Shown here one piece after another: positions 54,301 through 64,000 of a DNA stretch of 64,000 nucleotides. Each line of letters begins with the position of its first letter. Position 1 is the stretch's first letter. Source of the stretch: the human T2T-CHM13v2.0 reference genome, Homo sapiens; assembly GCF_009914755.1 (NCBI RefSeq), contig NC_060926.1; one strand, written 5' to 3'. A program made the position numbers and the translations under genes. The notes below the pieces were generated by a model. The model did no database searches. It was given only the letters and a program-made list of their open reading frames with translations, and was not told where the DNA came from.

Positions 54301-55410
54301 CCACGACCGACTGCAATGGACAAGGGCGAAAAAAATCATGATGTTAGATAGCATCTACCAAACCAGCCCTATTGCAATTGATTCTGTTTCTAGCCTCTCT
54401 CTGACCCCACTGTTACCCTCAAATCCCAGTCAGCTTCCATGCCGAGTTTTTTATTCTGCCGCTGTTTTCTCTCCACATAGTTTCTTTCCAAATCAACATC
54501 CATGTTCCACTCATCAACCACTGCTTTAGAAAGCTTCAGGCTGGATGGCCAGGCATGAAGTGCTGGCAGGTGGTGTAGCTGTTAGCCAGCCTTGTGTATC
54601 ACAAGAGATCTGATGCTATCAAATTCCTTTTCCCCCAAAGACTAAAGAGAGCAAGCCTTTGTGAGCATGCAGGAGGGGGATGAAAACAGTTTGTCTCCTG
54701 AGCAGCCAGCCTTTGTCATATTACAAATGAAATCACTTCGGAAATTTAGAGAATTAATATCATAATGAAGACGGGAGTACCCATTAGGGTGGTCTAATGT
54801 TGCTCTGGAGAAATGTGATGGATGCCCAGTGGCTGCAAGCCCTTATTTGCAGAGAGTCACCTCTGCAGTTGCCATTATTAGGAAGATGTCTGAAGCAGAG
54901 GATCAGACACAACCATTGCAAGATGAGATAGTGTTTGATTGGTTTCCAGGGAACCGAAGGATACAAGCTTAGTTGTACCTGTCACTATGGCTCCCAGCAT
55001 TTTTCTCCCTTAATGTCTTTTTTAGCTGTAGGAAGTTTCTCTTTAAAGATTCAGTGCTTTCCTAATGGCATAAAGTGAGTAATGTGAAGCATATAAAAAT
55101 GTTATATAGATAACAAATGAATTCAGTCTATTTCGAGACAACGTGTGCTAGCCCTAAAGAATGATTTTATTTAGCTTCAGTTTTCTCTTGAAAATAAATT
55201 TAGCCAAACATTCTGAAATGAGCACACCACTGGCATCCCCATGTTCATTTTCCCTTCTAGGTAAAACATACCTGGATTTTCATTGCAATATGTGTGCCTA
55301 CCCAAAATACAATCTGCATCTGATGCTCTTTCATACACTAAAACCTAGGAAACGGTACTTCCAGGAATTATTGTAAAATGTAATTGAATCATCATTCCTG
55401 GTACTCAAAT

Positions 55411-55413
<3 letters not shown>

Positions 55414-55456
<43 letters not shown>
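55414..55456 (+). repeat. (TG)n microsatellite
   Basis: Direct reading. Confidence 0.97.
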
Positions 55457-55457
<1 letters not shown>

Positions 55458-56349
55458 GTAATGCTTTCCAGTGACACTGGTACCCATAATAGGAAATGGG
55501 AGTTTTCCAAAACCCCACATCAATTCCAAACTAGATAAAGGGGAAGAAGAATTTCCCTGAGAAAATTTTGGAAGGGTGGAAAGGAAAAAAAAAAAGGCTA
55601 AGTATCACCTGGAAAGTAATATTATACCTACTTTTTCTCCACTTTACAACTAATCCTTTTGTCTCTCAGGTTTGAATTTATACAATTTGTATTTCTCATT
55701 CCTATATCTGCCATCATCTAAGTAATATTCCTTCTCTGCAATATTTTTCGTCCCATGTCTGTCCCTTCTCAAGACATGTTTATAGAGCAGTTCATTCTCT
55801 TGATGAATTCAAATACAGTTTTCTATTTGAGACTACTGTAAAGATATGATCACCCAGAATTTGTAAATCTTGGTCAATTATAAATGGAAACAACTCAGGA
55901 ATTATTCCCAGTGCTTTTCCTAGCAAAACAAAAACAAAAACCAAATAGTGAAACTTACTAATCAATTAGAGAACAAAGTTGGAGGATGGCAGGATTTGGT
56001 TCAGTGAATATGCAGGTTCTTTCTGTTGAGCTGTTTTTAATTTCCTATTGTCTTCTGTATTCAAAACCTGTAAGCACAGCCAGCCTAAAGGACCAATCAA
56101 ATCTCTCTCATATAAAATGATGAACTGGAAGCAGGGTTCACCAAAAAGCTGAGCAAACTACTGTCCAGATTGTCTCTGGTTCCTATTGAAGAATGCACAA
56201 TTAATTTCATTCATAAAGCCTGATTACCTTTCTAAGACAGGAAACTCATTCTCCAAACACAAAAACTTGCTGATCATCCATATGAATAGTTTGCATATCC
56301 ATTTTGGTACTAAGTTAATTTCAAATTTGCATTTCATCACGTATCTTAT

Positions 56350-56505
56350 TAGTCTTTAACTTTATCAGGTGTCCAAGTTATTTTCCCCACCTAGATTTCA
56401 ATTTCCCTAAGAGTAATAGATATATATATATATTCATAGTACCTAATCCAGTGTGACATACATAGTGAGGACTCCATAAATACATACTGAAGGGAATCAA
56501 ACATA
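56350..56505 (+). mobile_element. L2 3' tip
   Basis: ttccccacctagatttcaatttccctaagagta...gtacctaatccagtgtgacatacatagtgaggactccataaata. Confidence 0.65.
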
Positions 56506-57394
56506 TAACAAACAAATGATGTTAACTTTCTAAAACTCAACATAGATAAACAAATCCTATGCGTGAAAAAGAAAGTATGTGGTCACTTCCCCGTATTGTT
56601 TCTAATCTTCTTCCAAGCTGACATATATAATCTCAATAATAAAGAAATTCATCCTCCCTAAAGCAAATAAAAGAGTCCTAATGAAAGTAATGTACCCCAC
56701 TAGCATTCAGACCCTAAAAACGACAAATGTGATCTTAGAGAAGAATCTAATGAAAACAATTACATTAAACATAGCTCTTCTGTGCTCAGTGCTCAGTAAG
56801 TGAGCAGCAGGCTCTCTCTGTCTAGCTTACAGAAAACAGGAGGTAGCAGTTTGCAAGGAGCAGCGTTTTAATGTGATTGGACTATAACAGACAATCTATT
56901 TACAGCATGCTCTGGGGAGCTTATAAACAAATGTTGAGTAATTTCAGCCAGCAGTAATTACCCTTGCAGCTGACAAGGATAGCATGAGACTTTCTCCTTC
57001 ACCTTCAGCCCAGTCCAGAAGGCAGTGTACACAATGCCACTTCTAATTATTTCTGCATTTCTATGGCTAAAGACCAAAGTGTGTTATTAGAGAACATTTT
57101 AGAAGCTTTTTAAAAGCTTATTTATTAGGACAATTAAAAGTCATCACTATGACAGCAAATAAAATGTTCCATTCTCAGGAGTTCAGTATCAAATGAGCTT
57201 CTGCCCACTTACCTTTAAGGCAATGTGGACTCTTGTTGTCTATTGTTAAGAGCTGAGACTAAAGCTTGGTAATAAAAAGAAATAGTATCTGGAATGCATT
57301 TGGATTAATTCTGAAATGCGCCCTTTTCTTTTCACAATGTTCAAGCAGTCTAGAGCATGTAACTGAGTTATTTCTCAAAAGGCACAGAATTTTG

Positions 57395-57396
<2 letters not shown>

Positions 57397-57431
<35 letters not shown>
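57397..57431 (+). repeat. (TG)n microsatellite
   Basis: Direct reading. Confidence 0.97.
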
Positions 57432-57438
<7 letters not shown>

Positions 57439-57639
57439 CTTGATTACAGATGCTAATAGAGATAAAATGCATGTGGTCATCCTCTCTTTTCTCCTTCTCA
57501 CAAGAGGCACTGGATTACCCTGGCTAGTTAAAGGATTTTATCTGGAGGGGTCATTCATGTTGCATCAGTTTGACATAAGGAAGATGCTAAGAATTCAAAG
57601 ATCTAAAAATAAAACTTCAGCAGATAAGCTTCTAATGGA

Positions 57640-58860
57640 GTGCTGAAGGAGTAAAACAATTATGCAGAGCAATCACCCTGCGCGTTTGTAATTAACAATC
57701 AAATTACTTCCCAGAAGTGTCCAACAAGAGAACTTTTGTTGAACATTTCTATACGTGCCAAACTACCCCAAAGTAATTGGGGAAATCAGTGAACTGTGGT
57801 GTGTGTCGCTTCTCAAACACCATGGTCAGTTTGGCGTTCACTGAGCTTCTGTCCGCCTCAGTAAGTTCGGTTCAGATCCTGACCATAGGAATTGACAGCA
57901 GATATCTAATCCCACAAAGTATATTATTTACATTTTTTGATATGTTACATTACATTACATTCTGTCATGTTGCATTTCATCACCAATGGACAGAATGTTG
58001 CATAACCTCATATGACATGATGACAGGTCTCATTCATTCTGTCTCTCTCTTCCTCTCTCCCTCTCTCCTCTCACACGTGCTCTCTCTCTCCCCCTCCCTC
58101 CGTCCTTCCCTCTCTCCATCTCTGTGACACATGCACAGACACACACACACACACACCACAAAAACGTTCAGATCAGGAGGTGAGTCTAAGGAAATATTTT
58201 GAATTTTGGCCCCTGTAAGGATCCTGGAAGCCCTCCAATAGTGACATTTACAACTTCACCAAAGCCATGGTCCTTTTATGACAATAACACCAAATTGCCC
58301 TGTACAGAGATGCATAAGCTTACTCAATATATATTTTGCCAGCTGTTTGTAATTATTTTTAAATGTGTCATTATGATGTACAGTGAACCACAAAAGCACA
58401 TGTTCGGTAATGTAAAACAACAATATGTTGCAAATTAGCCTCCTTTAAAGAAATATTCAAAAAACAAATTACAAAGTTTAAAAATACACCATTGGATGCA
58501 TGTCCCTACATTGCTCTGTGCTCATTTCTGAAATGTGGTTGGCAGAGGGACAATAATTTGTCCTTGTTCTTGAGACTGGCAGGTGTCACTTTGGCCAGTG
58601 TGGGATGTGAGTGACAGATATTTTACTGCTGAAGAAATGAGAATGCAGAAATTCAAGAGTACCTCTGGGATTTGCCTGGTCATTTGTGGGCAGCGCAAGG
58701 GCAGGGCGGGCTGCGATGCTAACGTAGAACTGCTTGTTGTTGCGACCGCTGCGGGCAGCTGCCGATTCACAGCATTTTAAATACTACTTCTATTAACAAG
58801 GCTATGTTTCTGCTTTGATGGAAGCATGCAGAAAGCTGCTCGCTAGGCTGTCGGCTGTAT
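57640..58860 (+). promoter_or_regulatory. Candidate non-CpG-island promoter / regulatory module
   Basis: Free of interspersed repeats, locally retained CpGs, TAATTA+AACAAT (~57690), Inr TCAGTTT (57826), TGACAG x2, CCAAT (57983), CT tract, CACGTG (58074), GGGCGG (58704). Confidence 0.55.
57828..58179 (+). ncRNA. Candidate non-coding first exon(s) of a spliced lncRNA or 5'UTR; start uncertain
   Basis: Strong donors TCA|GTAAGT (57861) and GAG|GTGAGT (58180) downstream of the Inr; no convincing ORF. Confidence 0.4.
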
Positions 58861-61800
58861 ACTAAACTGCTCTAATTGCTTTCCTATGCTTTATTCAGAA
58901 ATCTGGTAAAAGCTGAATTTGGTAGCAAATTGCTTACAGATTTAGCATTTTTGAACATAAAGGTTTTCATAGATGTTGATATAATCTACCAAAAAGCTGG
59001 AAGCTTATTTTCCTCCTCTACCCAAAAGTATCAAATTATTTGTTTTACCAAAAAAAAAAAAAAAAGAAAAGAAGAAGAAGGAAAAACTCTGGTAGATATT
59101 TAAGTGATGATCATAGAAAATAATAACAAAATAGAAGGCAATTCAGGAAAAAAAGAGCATTTCTCTTTTCTACTTGGACATAATTGGAAACTTACGTTGT
59201 TTTGGCTCGAATCTAATTTTAATATAGGTCAAAGAGAAATTGAACATTTAAATTATAAAAGAGCCTCAACTATATTTAAACAATATTTTAAATACACTTT
59301 TTAGGTTCACTATTCTCTATGAGATAAAAGAAGAAATTTTTTAAAAATATAATAATTCAAATACATTGATATAAATTTTAGGGTGTATAAGGGTTAGAAG
59401 AAAAAGTGAAAAAAGTCCAGATATTTTTACAAACAAATATCCTCCAAAATCCACAGGCATATGTTTAAAATAGAAAGATAAAAATCACTTCTTTGTAAAG
59501 TATAATGCAAAACTTATAATGCACTTATATTTTTAGTACTCTTTATGGTGTTAAGATTACAAAGAAGTGACTCTCTCTTGTTTTAGGACTGAGTCATCCC
59601 TGACATTTACATATTATAAACACAATATTTGAATTTCCCTTTTTAAAAAAATATTATATTAGCTATACTAAGTTAATATACTTTTTTCCATTGAACTTAC
59701 AGAGCTCATGGGCGTTCACTTAAACTAAACTGACATAGGGAAGATACATTTTAAAAAATCAAAGCTCTCTAGTATGACTGCTTAAAAGAACAATTATGAT
59801 ATACAAGCAATATGAATACTAGGTTTTGCTTACAAAGATAGTTACCTGCCTTCATTTTCTATTAATTTCCATCAGGGCACTACCAAAATATTACCTGGCA
59901 AAATTAAAATGAAAACCGTATGTTGATGAGGGAAAACATATAATGGCATAGCACATTTCAACGTTCAGTGAAAGAGTTAACACTGAAAGCTTCTCCAAAG
60001 AGAAAGAAGATATATTGATTCAAATGTATATTAGAATATGTTGTTCAATGTCATTTGCCAAATGTTTCAATTTTTAAATAATCACTTACGTTAAATAAAT
60101 AGAAGCATGCATTCAAACAGTGTGATATGAAATTAATACTTTGTTGTAATTTTAAGAAGAGGGATAAGATTTTCCCCAAAAATGGAATGAAACTTCTGCA
60201 TAAAAACCAACAATATACTGAAAAATAAACAGTTGCAATTACTTTTTTTCCTACTTAGTAATACAAAGATAAATTGTTCTCTTTGGAAATCAAATATTTT
60301 CCTAACCACTGTGTTTCTTTAATTAAACTGTATTCTTTATAGTGATCAAACATAATTAGCAGTAACAAGTATTTAATGAAAACAAACTGCTACTCCCAAA
60401 CCTTTACTACATGTTTTGTTTAAATCCCACAGATGCTCCAAGGATTACTGTATCTCCGTCACAAGTACAAAAGCATACACCCTCCCCACTCTGCCCACCC
60501 CAATTTGCCAGGAGCATTTAAAACAACAATAAAAACAACAAAAACTTCTATAATTCCAAGGACTTTAGTTCACATTCAAATCCTGCTCCTCAGCTCAAGG
60601 CATCACTTCCAAAGAAGCTTAACACTTAGCCCTTCAAATATTTTATAGATTTGTTCTTCAGAAATCCCACTTGATATCTTCATATAATAAAGCATTACCC
60701 TGGTATCTTTGATTATTAGTAAGTGGTCAAAATAGAAAGAAAAGTGCCCATGCTGGACTCATTGACAGCTAGGTGATACAGCAAGTCTTCTGTAATTAAT
60801 TGTGAGTGAAAGGGGGTTTGGTTTTGCAGCCTCATAAAACTTTTCCCACATGGCTGAACCCACGGTCAGGAGATGTTAGGCAACATTAACTGCCTGCACA
60901 TTTCTGCAAGGCTCTAGAGGAACAGCTAGGCACTGGGGCTCCAATCCTGAGAACCCTGGGACATGAGACATCAGCATCTACCTTTCATCTTAGCTGAGAT
61001 TTGGAGTGGGTTCAGACCACAGAGGCTCCTTAATTCTCACTAATTCATTTGCTTTCCTGATTCACTTGGCTTGGAATAACCTGAGAATGATAATGAACCT
61101 GTGAGGGGAGCTCTTAGTCCCTTGCCTTTGAATGTGCTTGGCACGGATCGAGGGCTTTCTCTGAATCTTGCAAGAGGAAAAGAATCTTATTAGCACTGAT
61201 TGCTAGTCATGAGGTTTCCTCTAAAAATTGCTCATGTGTTTTAACTCTTGCTGCTTTTTGAAAAGTAGAGTAGTGAGGAGGGAAAAAAAGTTGGGCTTTT
61301 TAATACAAATAACGTATGTATCTAGAAGCTGGGGTTATATTTTAGGGGTGTGATTTAAACCAAATCCTAGCTGCCAGCTTTTTCTTGGACTCTGAAAAGC
61401 AATCTCAGTGTTTCTCACTGTTTTCTACAACTGATGCTAAGTTCCTTTTCATTTCCTGTAGATAAACACATTCTTGCACTAGAGAGATGGGGTTTTTCAA
61501 AAGAGCATCCAAATCCTCTTTTTTTTTAAAAAAAAAAAATCGTTTTCAGACTTAATGTACCGCAGGAGTTGTCAAGTTCACATACATTTCTTGTGGTTTT
61601 GGAATTCTGTTGAATTGGCACTTTTGCTTTTACAATTAGTGTGTTGTGGACCTTTAGCTTCTACCTAGGTAAGAATTTGTGCTTGAGATGAAAAAGTCAA
61701 TAAATGAACTGGGCAAAGTGGTGTATCTTAGTGAAGCAATAAAAAGGGCAATTTGGGTCTACTGGTCTAGCTGAAGGTGGTCATTCTTTAGATTTTGAGA

Positions 61801-62199
61801 TACTAAACTACTGACCAAATTATTCTCTTGTTCAGTTGTAACTGTGATTTCACATGTACAGTTGCACAGACCCTCCTGTGCACATGCTAACTGAGGTTAT
61901 ATGCAGCAGCTGCAATGAAATAGATGCACCAAGGGGGAGCAGGAGGCTTGACTCAAGAATTAGAAAGGGACTTCAGTGGCAAGGCAAAACGATAACACAT
62001 TCTGGTACTTTACAAAAGGTACATGACCTCTGATGTCATGTGCTTATCCACCATTTGGGGACTCTCTTATCAAGATTTAAAATTTCCTCCACAATCTGAG
62101 TGACCAGAGCAACCCATGACATCCATCTGTAATGTTAGTAAATTTGTAGTATAGGTACTGGGGCACCAACCTAAGCCATAAGTCATCACCTCATTTTGA

Positions 62200-62395
62200 G
62201 CATACAGAATACCTGAATGCTAAAGCAGGAGAGATCTTTAGAGTTCATCCAGTCCAACTCATGGGGATTTTAAAGATGACAAAATTGAGAGCCAGTAAGT
62301 TTGGGAGATTTGTCCAAGGTCAAACAGCTGTTTAATGATAGAACTGTGAAGAGAACTCAGTATTCGTATTTGAAGTTCAGTGCTCTATCTGAGAC
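62200..62395 (-). mobile_element. MIR
   Basis: gatctttagagttcatccagtccaac...gatttgtccaaggtcaaacagc...gttcagtgctct. Confidence 0.8.
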
Positions 62396-62914
62396 AATGC
62401 ACAAAGAGTGCTAGAATTTCCATACAAACTGGTTTGACATTGCAATGTACATGTTCAAGGGTTTAATGCTAATGGAAAGTATTTCAAGAGGTAATCTGTC
62501 TTTTCAAACCTTACCACTGGTCCTCTCTATTGACTTTCTATGGCCTCACACCATTACCTGTTTCAACTTTTACTTTTTCCAAGGACACCCCTTTTTATTT
62601 CTTCCCAGCCAGAGAATGTTTCCACTAATTAAATAAGTGGACATCAGGGATCACATTTTCACTTATTTCCCTTTCTCCATAATCTCACACTATTCCCCTC
62701 TGCTCTCTTTCTTCAGCACTGGGGCTATCCTTATTTCTGGGCAGCACTTGGCAAATGTTTACTAGAGTAACAGTTTATTTACAATTTATTTCTAATTCTA
62801 TGAAATCACTAGTTGGTGTAATTTCACAACATCTGTGGATATGCAATTTGAGAAATATTTATGAAAAACACATCAATGCTTTCATCCTGGGGGCATGGTC
62901 ATTTCAAACAACAT

Positions 62915-63135
62915 AGACCAGTGAATAAAAACGGCTTTGGGAGCTGACAAATCTGAGCTGAAATCCTGAGCCCCAATACTTACTATGATCTTAAGCAAGG
63001 TATTTAACCTCCCTAAATCTCAATTTTCTTTTTTATAATACATGAGGCTTCAAAGTCTTGCCACAATGCTTGGCATATAGTAGACTCTCAATAAATGTTA
63101 GCTATTATTGTTATCATTATTATTATTACTATTAT
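62915..63135 (+). mobile_element. MIR
   Basis: ggctttgggagctgac...ttaacctccctaaatctcaatttt...caatgcttggcatatagtagactctcaataaatgttagctattatt. Confidence 0.85.
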
Positions 63136-63239
63136 TAGCGACATTGTTTTCCTATTAATATAAATAATAAAAGATCCATTTATGAAGCATTGTAAAGCTC
63201 AAGTAACTGTGGATTAAATGGACTTGAGGGCTCTCCTGG

Positions 63240-63660
63240 AGTAAAAGGTGAGATATAGAGGTGAAATTCTACTTCAAGCATTCCAGCTTGAGAACTTGAA
63301 AGTGATGACAATACTTGTCACACCCTAAAAGGGGGAATCTTGGAAGCAGATTTCAATGAAGTGGCTTTGATAATTGTGGATTTGTGTCAGGTGAGGGCAA
63401 CAGAGAGCTATCCAGGCAGACAACACTGGAGGCCTGAAAAACCACGAACTTGGTTATCAATCCCCATGGGAAGGAGGGAAGCCAGTTTGAACTGAGGAGA
63501 GAAATTAGAACTCAGAGTCTCCACTGGGCCCAGAAGAAGGTCAAAGGTAGAAGCCAGGATGACTTCAATTCACCAAGCAAGAAAAAGGAGGAAAGCTGAG
63601 TAGAACTAGAATGGAGTTGGGACAGATAACAGCAGCCACAACTATTGAGATCCCTCAGAA
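63240..63660 (-). mobile_element. L2 fragment, highly diverged
   Basis: ttccagcttgagaacttgaaagtgatgac...ggctttgataattgtggattt...tatccaggcagac. Confidence 0.45.
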
Positions 63661-63879
63661 AGCAGCGTCCATAATAACTCTTTGTGATGCAGCAATTCAG
63701 AGCTTCCCAACTGAACCCAGACAGCTGTCACTGGCCTTTGTGAAGGCCATGTTGACTCTGGTCTTTAATATTTACAACTGAGGTAGCAGTAGAAGCATCC
63801 AGTACAAATAACCAACCGAAAGAAAAGATGATCAAGCTTAGCAGAAAATTCAGGAAACTATTGAGGAAAGCCAAGGAAA

Positions 63880-64000
63880 CTACCATCTATTGAGCACCCA
63901 CTATGCATTTTGCAGTCTCACTTAATCCTGTCTATCCTATGCACTAGGCATTATTACTTCTACTTTGCAATGAGAAAAATGAGGTTATGAGAAATTTAAA
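63880..64000 (-). mobile_element. MIR, truncated by the window end
   Basis: atctattgagcacccactatgc...tctcacttaatcct...gagaaaaatgaggttatgaga. Confidence 0.8.

Noticed and set aside
57266-58127. ORFs of 126 and 116 aa over the promoter candidate
   Set aside because: Non-ATG starts, (TG)n and CT-tract content, no homology that I recognise; better explained as non-coding.

Overview
This is AT-rich, CpG-depleted primate (most likely human) non-coding genomic DNA, not prokaryotic. I find no supportable protein-coding gene, tRNA, rRNA or CRISPR array. The longer ORFs in the track come from Alu, LTR12, L1, L2 or simple repeats. The first ~43 kb is a layered mosaic of transposable elements: Alu J/S, FRAM, old L1M, L2, CR1/L3, MIR, MLT1/MLT2 LTRs, a complete solo LTR12 (ERV9) and hAT/mariner relics. 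Several are nested with readable target-site duplications (TSDs). Between them, and especially at ~51-62 kb, lie repeat-poor blocks rich in SOX, octamer, homeodomain, E-box and MEIS motifs, resembling enhancers of a developmental-regulator locus. The strongest functional signal is a CpG-island-less promoter/non-coding first-exon module at ~57.6-58.9 kb, with an Inr, a CCAAT box, an E-box and two strong + strand splice donors. It probably belongs to a spliced lncRNA or 5'UTR. Smaller curiosities include a tailless Alu with a 17-bp TSD, two near-perfect hairpins at 29.3 and 29.8 kb, and a doubled L1 3' end. Repeat subfamily names are by-eye calls and boundaries of old elements are approximate. 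I see no evidence of a novel multi-gene system.
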